A stretch of DNA of 64,000 nt from NCBI GenBank assembly GCA_964587655.1, contig CAZPMT010000003.1, positions 50,915 through 114,914 of the forward strand, written 5' to 3'. Position 1 is the stretch's first letter; every line of letters begins with the position of its first letter. Positions 36,071 to 46,220 of this stretch are shown here, in pieces. The stretch comes from an uncultured Nitrospiraceae bacterium. Its GTDB lineage: Bacteria > Hydrogenedentota > Hydrogenedentia > Hydrogenedentales > SLHB01. The position numbers and the translations under genes are program-made. The notes under the pieces were generated by a model that saw only the letters and a list, made by a program, of their open reading frames with translations, was not told the DNA's origin and did not search any database.

Positions 36071-36505
36071 ATGAGCCAGTGCGGACTTCACATAAGGAGC
36101 GGAGACCTCGCGAGTCTGTGTATCGCGTTGGGCAAGGCCATGTATAGGCAAGCCGAGAGGTTTCTATCTTCCTATGGTATAACGCCTTCCCAGTTCGACA
36201 TGCTGACTGTCCTGTCCGAGCAGGGCATGATCCCTCTCAACAAACTGAGCGAAAGCCTTTGCTGTGCGTGTAGCAACGTTACCGGGATAGTGGACCGCTT
36301 GGAGCGCGACGGTCTGGTCAGGCGCGAACGCAGCCAGGAGGACCGTCGAGTAATCCTCCTGGGTCTAACTCAGAAAGGTCAAGAACTGTGGAGTAGCGTG
36401 CCGTGCGGTGCGTGCTGCGGAATCGGGCTCGATGACATCTTGAACAAGGACGAGCAATCTGAACTCCGCCGGATTCTGGAGAAGCTTATTGCCGCGATGC
36501 CATAG
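36071..36505 (+). CDS. Cys-rich MarR-family regulator
   Basis: ITPSQFDML, NVTGIVDRLERDGLV, DRRV..LTQKG; also CCAC and CGACC motifs. Confidence 0.92.
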   Translation: MSQCGLHIRSGDLASLCIALGKAMYRQAERFLSSYGITPSQFDMLTVLSEQGMIPLNKLSESLCCACSNVTGIVDRLERDGLVRRERSQEDRRVILLGLTQKGQELWSSVPCGACCGIGLDDILNKDEQSELRRILEKLIAAMP

Positions 36506-36668
36506 CGGCTCTTTTTTTTGCCCAATTACTTCAGTGGTGAAACTTTCTACAATGAAGCATGTTGCGCGGACGGATAGATTGAAAGGAGGCGATCAGCGGG
36601 CAAGTCGATAAGGCCACAAACCCCAATACACCAACAGAGGCCATTACATCAAGAAAGGAGCAACGGAA

Positions 36669-37529
36669 ATGACTGTCAAGAAAATGCCGTGCTGCGGGAC
36701 GAGCGAAGTTGTCCCGCAGCAAACGAACGAAGTCAAGGAGTATGTAAAGCAGCGCTATGCCGGCATGGTGAAGGCGCCCGGGAAACGCTCGTGCTGTGGA
36801 GCGGCAAGCGGGCAACTCGATGCTAAGGTGGCGCTCTCGGCGGGCTACACCGAGGACCAGCTTTCGGGGTTGCCCGCCCACGCGATGGAGCACTCTTTTG
36901 GCTGTGGAAATCCGGTGGCGCTGGCCGGCATTGAGCCGGGACAAACGGTGCTGGATATCGGCTCCGGCGCGGGGATAGATGTCCTGCTCGCGGCGCGGAA
37001 AGTCGGACCAGCGGGACGCGTGATCGGACTGGACATGACGCCTGAGATGATCGAAGCGGCAAAGACGAACGCCGCCGAAGCCGGCGTGACCAACGTCGAG
37101 TTCCGCTTAGGAGACGCCGAGGACATGCCTGTCGATTCCGGCACTGTGGACTGGATCATCAGCAACTGCGTCATCAACCTCGCGCCGGACAAGGCCAAGG
37201 TGTTCAGCGAGGCGTACCGGGTGCTGCGTCCGGGCGGCGGGATTCTAGTTTCAGACCTCGTCACACATGACCTGCCTGAGAATGTCCGCCATAGTCTCGA
37301 AGCTTGGGCGGGCTGCGTCGCCGGCGCGCTTGAAGAGGGTGACTACATCGCCGCTATCCGTGAGGCCGGCTTCTCAGACGTTGATATCGTCGCCCGGGTC
37401 GACTACGACGCGGGAATGATCAGTGCGATTGCCAGCGACGCCAAGTCTATTCCGGACGAACTGGTCCGCCTGGCGCCCAGCCTGGCTGGGAAGGTATCGA
37501 GCATCAAGGTAAGCGCTGCCAAGGCATAG
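36669..37529 (+). CDS. arsM: Arsenite S-adenosylmethyltransferase
   Basis: SCC, SFGCGNP, LDIGSGAGID, GLDMT, ISNCVINL and WAGCVAGA motifs (conserved As-binding Cys). Confidence 0.88.
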   Translation: MTVKKMPCCGTSEVVPQQTNEVKEYVKQRYAGMVKAPGKRSCCGAASGQLDAKVALSAGYTEDQLSGLPAHAMEHSFGCGNPVALAGIEPGQTVLDIGSGAGIDVLLAARKVGPAGRVIGLDMTPEMIEAAKTNAAEAGVTNVEFRLGDAEDMPVDSGTVDWIISNCVINLAPDKAKVFSEAYRVLRPGGGILVSDLVTHDLPENVRHSLEAWAGCVAGALEEGDYIAAIREAGFSDVDIVARVDYDAGMISAIASDAKSIPDELVRLAPSLAGKVSSIKVSAAKA

Positions 37530-37563
37530 GCGCGAGTTACGAACACGACAAGGAGGACATGCG

Positions 37564-37830
37564 ATGTTGGACACCAAGACAAGAGAGTTGGTCGCGATAG
37601 GTGCAGCGGCAGTAGTGAACTGCAAGCCGTGCCTGGACTATCACGTGCAGGAAGGCCGAAAGGCCGGCGCTTCCAATGCCGAGATGACAGATGCCGTCGG
37701 CATAGCGCGAATGGTGCGCAAGGCCCTCGCTGACAAGATGGACAAGTATACCGATGAGAAAATGGGCGAACGTGTCCCGGTACACGAACCGCCCAGTGCC
37801 TGTTGCGCCGGCGACAGCCGTGATAAGTGA
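37564..37830 (+). CDS. Carboxymuconolactone decarboxylase/AhpD-like protein
   Basis: KTRELVAIGAA..NCKPCLDYH; C-terminal ACC. Confidence 0.85.
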   Translation: MLDTKTRELVAIGAAAVVNCKPCLDYHVQEGRKAGASNAEMTDAVGIARMVRKALADKMDKYTDEKMGERVPVHEPPSACCAGDSRDK

Positions 37831-37937
37831 CCCACTATCCAACTGAAAGGGAAATGGGACAGCCATGAAGCGTCGGCGCCTTTCATGGCTGTCCGCTCGC
37901 TCTATGTTCTCAATTTCTCCAATTTGTCGCCGGACTT

Positions 37938-38562
37938 GAGAGGCCGAAGATCTATATTGCCAAGGAGCAGTACGATGCCTTCGCCAATCCAAGTCACTAC
38001 GTCAACAGCTTGATGTTTGTAGCGAAAGACAAGAGCTTTGACAAGGTGATAGCCCTGAAGAAGGACATAGAGAAGGCGATTGAGCCGTCCAACCTGCAAG
38101 TGCTCTATGTAATGATGCAAGCGGAACGGGTGAAAATCATCTACGACCACTTGAAGATAGTTCTTGTAACCATCGTTTTCTTTTCCCTGCTGGTGCTGGT
38201 GGTTAGCGCCATAGGAATGGCGTCTGCCACGAGCATCAATATTATGGAGAGGACCCGCGAGATTGGCGTGCTGAGGGCAATCGGGGCCACTCCAAGAATC
38301 ATTTATGACCTGTTTGTTTCCGAAGGGATGATAGCGAGCGTTATCAGTATTTGTCTTGGATTGTTACTATCGTGGCCGCTCAGCATCGTCGCTTCAAAGT
38401 TTTTCGGCACAGATGCTGGAAGTTGAGCTTCATTTTTCTTTCAGTAAGATTGGCTTCGTGATAACCTTGGCTGCGACATTAGCTTTTGGCTGGATAGCAA
38501 GCCGGGTACCGGCGCAGAGAGCGGTATCCGTATCTACGCGGGAGGCGCTTTCGTATGAATAG
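37938..38562 (+). pseudogene. 3' remnant of FtsX/MacB-like ABC permease with frameshift
   Basis: IMERTREIGVLRAIGA, then a frame change near 38410 to ..SRVPAQRAVSVSTREALSYE. No 5' part present. Confidence 0.8.
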
Positions 38563-39079
38563 ACATGGCATGGATGAGCCTTCTCAAAGAAGCGGCCTAT
38601 CGATGAACGACGCTCAACTACTTCCATCATTGCGCACCGGCAAGGGAGTTGGCTTTCTAAGAACGTGCTTCTGGATAGGAGCCGTGGCTGACCTGTTGGC
38701 AACCGTACCTTTGCTCTTTCCCGAGGTCGCCAAGGCCATGTTTGGAATGCAGACCGCGCCCGACGGAAACGCGAACCTATATGTATCCAGAGTCGCAGCC
38801 TCTCTGATGCTGGGCTGGGCATTTCTGCTCGTTTGGGGAAGCCTCAAGCCGGTTGAGAGGAGAGGCGTGCTCCTACTGACAGTTGTACCCGCCTTAGCCG
38901 GATTGCTTGGCGCTTCAGTGTTGGCGGTTCAATCCGGATTCATAGACGTGATGCACATGCTGCCTCTATGGATCTTCTATGCCCTGACGATTCCACTATA
39001 CGCGACTGCTTACCATGTCGCTTCTTGGATTGAAAAGGGAAGCATGAACCATGCGACGGTCATCCCGTGGAAAAGGTAG
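38555..39079 (+). CDS. Hypothetical membrane protein (4 TM)
   Basis: Hydrophobic helices; ASLMLGWAFLLVW..KPVERRGVLLLT. Start uncertain. Confidence 0.7.
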   Translation: MNRHGMDEPSQRSGLSMNDAQLLPSLRTGKGVGFLRTCFWIGAVADLLATVPLLFPEVAKAMFGMQTAPDGNANLYVSRVAASLMLGWAFLLVWGSLKPVERRGVLLLTVVPALAGLLGASVLAVQSGFIDVMHMLPLWIFYALTIPLYATAYHVASWIEKGSMNHATVIPWKR

Positions 39080-39260
39080 AGAGAGGCGATACCATAGTGG
39101 TCCGCCCCAGGGAGAAGATACCGGTTGACGGTATTGTGGTCGACAACCACTCCGCCCGTATATCGGTCCATAATACGGGCGCCGTAGACGAGTCAATGCG
39201 TGACTCCCCAGGGTCTGCAAGCAGTCATACATTGCTTGTGTGAGTTCGGTTGTACGCGCC

Positions 39261-42200
39261 CTACCGACTGTTTGCGGACGCTCCAAGCTCGGTCGAAAGC
39301 AGCACGGGGGCCATGGGTCTGATCGTGATTGGCAGAACCATCTCGGCGTTGTCGAAGAGGTCGATGGCCTTGGTGATGGGTGTGACCGTCTTGAGTACGA
39401 CGGTTTGGGTAGAGCGGCTGAAATTGACAAGGCTCACGAGCCGCTTGCCGTCATGCTCGGCTGTGCGCAAGTTCACGCCCCAGATTGGCTCGCCGTGCTC
39501 GCCCGCGATACGGACGGGGCGGTCGCAGCCGGCCTTGTCGAGCAAGCTGTCGAGAATCTCGCGGTAGGCCCGCGCGGTAAGCCGGCCGGGGTATGCGACC
39601 AGTTGGCCGGAACCCGCTTGCTTAAGCGCGGGGCCGCGCGCACGGCCATATTCGTCGTGGGTGAAGCATTCCCCGACCGTCATGACCAGGCCACCCGAAG
39701 TGATATAGCCCTGGAATGCCTTTGCCACATCATCGGGTACATGTGACGCTTGCGGTACCACGACAACCTTGTAGTTGCCAAGCTTGCTTGCCTCGCCGCA
39801 GGCGAGTCGCTCTGTCACGATGTCGCAAGTCGTGTCCACGAAATACGTCCCTTCGAAGGTGGCCGCCATCCCCTCGACATGCGCCGCGGATGGCAAGAGA
39901 GACGATTGCGAGTAGAAGATTGCGAGGTCCGATTTCGCGTGCTGTAACGCGTAGACCTCCCGGGCAAGACGATTCAGGTCCAACGCGGCGTGGCCCATGG
40001 CGCGGACACAGTTGGCCCGGGTCAGGATATTGCCGGCTCTGTTGCCTCTCTGGTCCCGATCCCAGACCCACGTCGTGGCCGCGCCCTGTCCGTGGAGAGC
40101 CTGGGTCCAGAAAGCAGTGCGGATGTGGCTGTCGGGGATGAACGACCAGTCGCCGTCGCGGATCACATGATCCTCGGCGTTGTAAATGACGCTGGCGGGC
40201 GCGGTGGAACGCTGGAAGGTGTAGTTCAGCGCCATGCCCTGCCAATGCTGGGCGTATTCGTTTTGCTCCCCGTCCACGCGCCGCCATGCCAGCTCCCCCC
40301 GGTGAACGTCGTGCCAATGCCGGGCGTATTCGTCTTGCTCCTCCTCCGCGAACAATTGGTGGCAATCGTTGCCGGCAATAGAGTCGAGTGCGTTGAAGTC
40401 TTCGTGATTGATGCCCAAAGCGAAGTATCGGGGCGGATCGAGCACGGTGGACATGACTTTCACGAGCACGGGGACACGCGGATTGTATTCATGCACGATG
40501 TCGCGCATGAACGCATGCCAATCCACAAACCGATCCTGATTGAACCGGCACCAGTCGAAGTACAACGGATAGTTCGACGGTTCCTCGGGAATAGGCACAT
40601 CGTCAAACGAGGCAAAACTTGTGCCATAGAGGGCATTGGCCGATTCTATTGAACCGTGCTTGTCCTTGATGTACGCATGGAATTTCGTGCGGGAGTACGC
40701 ACATTTATCGGTGTACGTCGGTTCGTTACTCAGGCAGATGCTGTGCAGGGCGGGATGCCCGGCGATGAGGGGCATGAGTGTGCGCAGATACTGCTCGTGA
40801 ACGGCCCGCGTTTGCTGCGCCTCGATGCAGAACGGAATGAAACCGCGTCCGCACTGGCCCAGTTCCGGGTTTTGCGCGAAGACCCATCCCGGCAAGTAAT
40901 GCGGCGCCGTGTGCAGATTGACGGCAACGTTGTGCGCCGCCGCATCGTCCAGCACTTTGAGAAGGTCGTAAATGGGCTGTAGGTCCACGGCGCCGGGTCC
41001 CGTCAGCACGCTATTGGGCCCCAAGTCAATCTCGATCATGCTGAGTCCATATTCCGCGAGGATGGGCGTATCTCGCCGCACTTGGTCGAAGTGCCCCACG
41101 CCGGTGAAGAAAACCGGGCGGTCGTTTTGCCAGAACGCACCGTCTCGTATGACCACCGGGCCCGTTCGGTAGGCGGGTCCGGCAAGATCGAGTAGCGGAT
41201 TCTCGAGGATTGCGGCCGCACCTCGCAGCGCCTCGTTGCACACTTGGTCGAGGAACCGCACGGTCCACAGTGCGCGGACCGCGTGGGAGGTGTCCCCATC
41301 GGCCATGTCGTCGCGTACGTACTGAAGGAAACTCTCGACAACACGAGCATCCACGCGTTGGTAGGCCATCTGCCGGCCAATTGCCTTGCCCTGCCGCAAC
41401 CGCTTGTGCAGTGTGTCCAGCTTGCTCCCAATCTGGCGCAAGTCACGTTGGAGTCTTTTCGCATCGGATAGGAGAACCGCCCGCGCGTGTTTGACCAGAT
41501 CCAAGTAAGGCCCCGGCTTCGTCGGTGGCTGGACGGTAGGAAGCCACCTCCGAGTTGAGCGCTGTGCCGCGCCCGCGAGTATCTCCTCGGACTCGTCCAA
41601 AAAGGCCTGCCAACGCTTCGCGTCTTCGGCGGACGCGTGGTGTATGTAGGATTCGGCGACCTGGTAGGCGTGGAGAAGCTGCGGCAGCGTTTCGCTTTCA
41701 GTCGAAACCAGGTAGGCCTGGTACAGCGAACCGGTGCCGGGCCGATTGATCCCGTACAGGGCGACGCAGATGACCTCCCCTGGCCGCGCGTTCTCAGTGA
41801 GTACAAAATCACCATCGTCCCATCGGAATTGCTGCTTGAACTCGCCATTGACGTACGCCTTGGCTTCGTTGTCCATGCCGGCCCTCAACCGAAGCGTCGA
41901 ACCCGCCACCGGCGCCCCGTTGATGCGCTCGGGGATGGTAATCCGTTTCCGGTACCAGCACGTGGAATTCTCCGGGCTCCATTGGTGGCCCACCTCCACC
42001 AGTTCCCAGTCCGAATCATCGAAATCCGGCGACTCGGCCCCAGCCGCCTCCCCCTGCCTGAACCGCCAACCGGTAACGGTCGAGTCCAATAGCCCGTCCA
42101 TCTCGTCCCGGCTAACGCCGGCCCCGGCCGCACCAAAGGAACTCGTAGTCTGTACCTTATTTGCCATAAGAAACCGCCCCGAGACCGTATTCCACGAATC

Positions 42201-43223
42201 ATTGTCACCTGTACCGGTGAAGACCAGGACAAAGCCCATTCCATCTTCGCTGAACCATTTCGGTGCGAAGTTCCAGAAGAAGGTGCTTTCCTCGATGTGC
42301 CCGCGGCCCCAGCCTCGGCAGAACAACACTGTTCGCCAAGGTCCCCACGGATGCCGCGCCTCATAGATGCCGATGTTGCCTTTCGCGTTTTCAGTATGCT
42401 CAGTAATCAACAAGACTCTGTTCAAGGCAGGAACGAACGCGGCGCTGACGCCCATGACGCCATTCAGCGGATCCTCCCAGACAGGCTTGCGCGCGGTCGA
42501 ACTGGCGCTCCAGATCGGGTTTCCAGACTCGTCTAAGCCCGTAAAGAACCGATACGCTTCCGGATCTTCGATCCTATCGAGGCGGACGCGCATCAACGTG
42601 ATTTCGCCCGGCCTGTTGATCTCCCAAGCCAGCGACTTGATGTTCGGCGCATACATATACACGAAAGCGTCTCTTGCCGCTCCGTAATCTTTTCCAGATT
42701 GCAGAAACGTGGGCGCAAAGAAGCCCTTGTCTTCCCCGTCGCCGAACTGGGACGGGTCAAACCGAACCCTTGTGCCAGACCAGGACCTGCCGTGGTCCCC
42801 GGATACCCATAGCTCCTGGAATTCGTAGGCGCTTTCCCCCGAAGCACTACCGATGCGCCATGCGTAGACCTTTCCACGTAGCGAGAGGACGCCGTAACAC
42901 TTGCCTTCAAAAGGGGCCGAACACGGGGGGTCTTTTCCTCCCGCTATGTTTGTACCCCGGTAGCCGGCAGCAGCGCCCTCGACACGCGCAAAACCGTTGC
43001 TCACACGGCCGTCACTATCCGAACCTCCGAACCCTCCGCCATCGCCCCAAGCCGTGTACTGGCAGTCGTCATCTGCCCACGTGATCGGCCAGTTGTCGCT
43101 GCCGGCCGCCAAACGCTTGTGTGAGTCCCAATCGAAACTGATGCCTGACAAGAAGTCACTCGGTGGATAGGGAGGAGGTGTTCCGGCCAAGCCGAGAACC
43201 AAGAGAACAGCCCATGAACCCAT
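39261..43223 (-). CDS. Multidomain glycoside hydrolase: DUF4185-like + sugar-binding domain + GH42-like beta-galactosidase
   Basis: N-terminal SDNWPITWADD..WGDGGGF; FDDSDWE..WYRKRI jelly-roll; AGHPALHSICLSNEP catalytic region; trimerisation-like tail. Confidence 0.8.
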   Translation of the reverse strand: MGSWAVLLVLGLAGTPPPYPPSDFLSGISFDWDSHKRLAAGSDNWPITWADDDCQYTAWGDGGGFGGSDSDGRVSNGFARVEGAAAGYRGTNIAGGKDPPCSAPFEGKCYGVLSLRGKVYAWRIGSASGESAYEFQELWVSGDHGRSWSGTRVRFDPSQFGDGEDKGFFAPTFLQSGKDYGAARDAFVYMYAPNIKSLAWEINRPGEITLMRVRLDRIEDPEAYRFFTGLDESGNPIWSASSTARKPVWEDPLNGVMGVSAAFVPALNRVLLITEHTENAKGNIGIYEARHPWGPWRTVLFCRGWGRGHIEESTFFWNFAPKWFSEDGMGFVLVFTGTGDNDSWNTVSGRFLMANKVQTTSSFGAAGAGVSRDEMDGLLDSTVTGWRFRQGEAAGAESPDFDDSDWELVEVGHQWSPENSTCWYRKRITIPERINGAPVAGSTLRLRAGMDNEAKAYVNGEFKQQFRWDDGDFVLTENARPGEVICVALYGINRPGTGSLYQAYLVSTESETLPQLLHAYQVAESYIHHASAEDAKRWQAFLDESEEILAGAAQRSTRRWLPTVQPPTKPGPYLDLVKHARAVLLSDAKRLQRDLRQIGSKLDTLHKRLRQGKAIGRQMAYQRVDARVVESFLQYVRDDMADGDTSHAVRALWTVRFLDQVCNEALRGAAAILENPLLDLAGPAYRTGPVVIRDGAFWQNDRPVFFTGVGHFDQVRRDTPILAEYGLSMIEIDLGPNSVLTGPGAVDLQPIYDLLKVLDDAAAHNVAVNLHTAPHYLPGWVFAQNPELGQCGRGFIPFCIEAQQTRAVHEQYLRTLMPLIAGHPALHSICLSNEPTYTDKCAYSRTKFHAYIKDKHGSIESANALYGTSFASFDDVPIPEEPSNYPLYFDWCRFNQDRFVDWHAFMRDIVHEYNPRVPVLVKVMSTVLDPPRYFALGINHEDFNALDSIAGNDCHQLFAEEEQDEYARHWHDVHRGELAWRRVDGEQNEYAQHWQGMALNYTFQRSTAPASVIYNAEDHVIRDGDWSFIPDSHIRTAFWTQALHGQGAATTWVWDRDQRGNRAGNILTRANCVRAMGHAALDLNRLAREVYALQHAKSDLAIFYSQSSLLPSAAHVEGMAATFEGTYFVDTTCDIVTERLACGEASKLGNYKVVVVPQASHVPDDVAKAFQGYITSGGLVMTVGECFTHDEYGRARGPALKQAGSGQLVAYPGRLTARAYREILDSLLDKAGCDRPVRIAGEHGEPIWGVNLRTAEHDGKRLVSLVNFSRSTQTVVLKTVTPITKAIDLFDNAEMVLPITIRPMAPVLLSTELGASANSR

Positions 43224-43587
43224 AGCAGTCGTTTCCTCTTTCTCGTTTCGGCAAACCTACCGAAACCGTCGTCACTTAGCAAGTGAACGGCACAATGAGC
43301 CTCGTCCTGCAACAAATCGGTGGCCGCCAGGCAGCAATACACACTGACTCGCCTCTATCTTGGTTCAGCGGGAAATGCAGTCTCGCCCACAGTCGGTATT
43401 CTCTTGGGCAGCGCGAGCGAGAACCAGACCACAAAAATGAAAGCGCGTATATCAGTATGTTGTCCCAGAGCGGGAACGAATAGCGCGTGTTCTAATACGA
43501 GCGCGCCCAGTCCTTCAGGTGCTCGGCGGCTCAGCACTTTTTCTGCAAGAAGCAAGAAAGCGCCATATCCATTGGTCATCTCCTCGC

Positions 43588-43658
43588 GGTAGGGTCAAGC
43601 TCCCGCTCGACCACGGCCATCCTCCCGGCCCGCGGTCGAGGAGGACCGCGACCCTACC
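43588..43658. repeat. GTAG-family REP doublet overlapping the dapF stop codon
   Basis: GGTAGGGTC.. and ..GACCCTACC in inverted orientation. Confidence 0.75.
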
Positions 43659-44484
43659 ATGTGCCGGTGTATACCTCGGTTGCGGGTCCTTCTTGATATA
43701 CGAAGCCGTCTTCCGCCCATTCGATCGCGAGGACACCGTATACGAGGTGTACGTTGACCCTTCGGTCGACGCGGTCGGTGATCATCGATGCAAGCGAGGC
43801 GCCGCAGGAACCGCTGCCGCTTGCCATGGTGATGCCGCTGCCGCGTTCCCAGATCCGCATGACGATGTTTCGCCGGTCGATCACGTTCACGAACTCGACG
43901 TTGGTGCGCCGGGGGAACTTCGGGTGGTTCTCGACTCTCGGGCCAATCTCCGCCAGCGGCGCCGCCGTGGCATCGTCGACGAAGATCACGGCATGCGGAT
44001 TCCCAATATTGGCGCAGGTGATCTTCACCATGCGTCCGCCGAGATCCAGTTCCTCCTCGATGACCTGCCCCGGAGCGCCGATCATCGGGATTTCCGCGCG
44101 GTCGAACCGGGGCTGCCCCATGTTCGATCGGACCGCGACGACTTTGGCGCCGTCTGTCTTAAGGGTGACGCGGTTCGGCCCGGCGAGTGTTTCGATGACG
44201 AACTCCGTCTTGCCGGTCATCCCGCGTTCGTAGACGTATTTCGCGAAGCAGCGGATGCCGTTCCCGCAAGTCTCGGCTTCACTTCCGTCCGCGTTGAATA
44301 TCCGCATCTTGAACTCGGCCTTTTCGCCGGGCAGTATCAGGATGATGCCATCCGAACCGGCGCCGAGATGCCGGTGGCTCATCCGCCGGGAAAGCTCGGC
44401 GGGATCCTGAATCGGGAACTTCTCGCCTTCAATGAAGAGATAATCATTTCCCAATCCGTGCATCTTAGTGAACGTGATTGACAT
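43654..44484 (-). CDS. dapF: Diaminopimelate epimerase
   Basis: FTKMHGLGNDY, NADGSEAETCGNGIRC, GNPH, TNVEF and WERGSG motifs. Confidence 0.96.
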   Translation of the reverse strand: MSITFTKMHGLGNDYLFIEGEKFPIQDPAELSRRMSHRHLGAGSDGIILILPGEKAEFKMRIFNADGSEAETCGNGIRCFAKYVYERGMTGKTEFVIETLAGPNRVTLKTDGAKVVAVRSNMGQPRFDRAEIPMIGAPGQVIEEELDLGGRMVKITCANIGNPHAVIFVDDATAAPLAEIGPRVENHPKFPRRTNVEFVNVIDRRNIVMRIWERGSGITMASGSGSCGASLASMITDRVDRRVNVHLVYGVLAIEWAEDGFVYQEGPATEVYTGTW

Positions 44485-44485
44485 G

Positions 44486-45502
44486 CTATCGTCCTTTCAA
44501 TGCCGTGCCGCGTTTCGCGATGGCGGCCTCGACGAACAGGCCCACGAGTTGTTCGTAGGAAATCCCGGCGGCGGCGGCCGCTTGAGGGTACAGAGACGTT
44601 CCGGTCATGCCCGGGACGGTGTTGACCTCGAGCCAGATCGGCTCATCCCCGTCGATGATAAAGTCGCTGCGGCTCCAAATCGAACACCCGATCAGTTGAT
44701 GGGCCCTTACGGCCGCTTCCTTCACCTTGCGCGTAAGCTCCGCCGAAATCTCCGCGGGCGTAATCTCGATAGAGGCCCCAGGCGTGTATTTCGCCTGATA
44801 GTCGAAGTAGGCGGAAGACACCGGCCGGATCTCGGTGACGGGCAGGGCAACGGGCGGGGCGGAGGCATCAACGTCGAGGACGGCGCATGTTACCTCGGCG
44901 CCGCTGATGAACTTCTCAATCATCAGGATGTCGCCGTATGCAAGAATCTCCGGGATCGAGTTCCGGAAAGCGGCCTCATCCCGCGGGATGGCCATGCCCA
45001 CGCTCGAACCCTGGCAGGGGCTTTTCACCACGCACGGAAAACCGAAGCAGGCCGCCGTCTCCGCCGTGATGCGATCCGCATCCGCTTCCCACTCGGCCTG
45101 CGTCAGCGCGCGGTGAGGCGCGACCAGGATTCCCGCCGCCGCGACGATGGCCTTGCTGCGGAGCTTGTCGATGGCCAGGCCGCTCGCCGCACACCCCGAG
45201 CTCGTGTAGGGGATCCCAAGCATGTCGAGCATGCCCTGGATGCGCCCGTCCTCGCCAAAGGCCCCGTGCAGGGCAATGAAGACACAATCGGCATGCCGCC
45301 GTTTGAGTTCCGGCGCCACATCGTGGATGGTCATCGGCGCCGCGCCGGGGAACCGCCAGATCCCTTTCTTCGTAATCAGCACGGGTGCAACATCGTACCG
45401 GCCTCGATCGAGGCTTTGCGCCACCTTCGTGCCCGAGGCGACGGATACCTCGTGCTCCGAGCTCACGCCGCCCATCAGAACGACCACATTCCGTCTTGCC
45501 AT
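44486..45502 (-). CDS. ddl: D-alanine--D-alanine ligase
   Basis: GGVSSEHEVS, LHGAFGEDG, GSSVG, FDYQAKY and EVNTVPGMT motifs. Confidence 0.96.
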   Translation of the reverse strand: MARRNVVVLMGGVSSEHEVSVASGTKVAQSLDRGRYDVAPVLITKKGIWRFPGAAPMTIHDVAPELKRRHADCVFIALHGAFGEDGRIQGMLDMLGIPYTSSGCAASGLAIDKLRSKAIVAAAGILVAPHRALTQAEWEADADRITAETAACFGFPCVVKSPCQGSSVGMAIPRDEAAFRNSIPEILAYGDILMIEKFISGAEVTCAVLDVDASAPPVALPVTEIRPVSSAYFDYQAKYTPGASIEITPAEISAELTRKVKEAAVRAHQLIGCSIWSRSDFIIDGDEPIWLEVNTVPGMTGTSLYPQAAAAAGISYEQLVGLFVEAAIAKRGTALKGR

Positions 45503-45679
45503 GGCAAAAGAAACTCCTTTACCCCGGACGCGAAAGAAGATATCATATTGGGACGCGAGTTTTCCTTTCGCTTAATACCTTGGTCGCGGCGGAAGTTTCG
45601 GGGACCTCGCTGAAACGAAACCTTCCGGCTCAGGAAGGAGTCAAAGAACGGCAAGGCGGCAGAAAGGTTCAGGCGGCGA

Positions 45680-45949
45680 ATGAAGATCTCTTATAACTCC
45701 GACGCGGACACGCTGAGCCTCGTCTTCAGCGAGACCGGCGTCTTTACCCGCGAGTTGGGGGAAGGTTTCGTCGTCGAGTACGACGCCGAAGGACATCTCA
45801 CGCGCGTCGAGATCCCTCACGCCATGAGCACCTCGCTGGGGAAGGACGTTTTCCGGCAGCTTGTGTTCGAAGGCATCGGACCCTTCGCGAAAAGCGACCC
45901 CCTGATCATCTTGCCCCGCCTTTTCGAGAACATCGAGTCTTACGAATGA
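45680..45949 (+). CDS. DUF2283-like small protein
   Basis: MKISYNSDADTLSL..VVEYDAEGHLTRVEI. Confidence 0.75.
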   Translation: MKISYNSDADTLSLVFSETGVFTRELGEGFVVEYDAEGHLTRVEIPHAMSTSLGKDVFRQLVFEGIGPFAKSDPLIILPRLFENIESYE

Positions 45950-46018
45950 CCCAACCCGCAATTCCCGCGGCGGGAGACGGTTCGATGTTCCACCCAAGTG
46001 TCAACCCGCCCTCTTCAC

Positions 46019-46185
46019 CCTAGATTCGGCACTTGGAGCCAGTTGGGTTTGTCCAAGTAGTGGACGAGATGGACGTTGTGGACAAAGTGGCTGCAGGTGA
46101 TCCTTTTCGGCGTCCACATCGTCCACAAAGTCCACGCCGTCCACCATGTCGGGAAGCACCTTCAAGCTTGACCGCCGAATCCAGG
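46019..46185. mobile_element. MITE-like element, copy 1
   Basis: Terminal inverted repeats CCTAGATTCGGC / GCCGAATCCAGG; internal 9-nt-period TGGAC and GTCCA arms; homologous to 53990-54147. Confidence 0.7.
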
Positions 46186-46220
46186 TTCACGTAACTCGCT
46201 CTCCTTTTGACTCCTACTGG

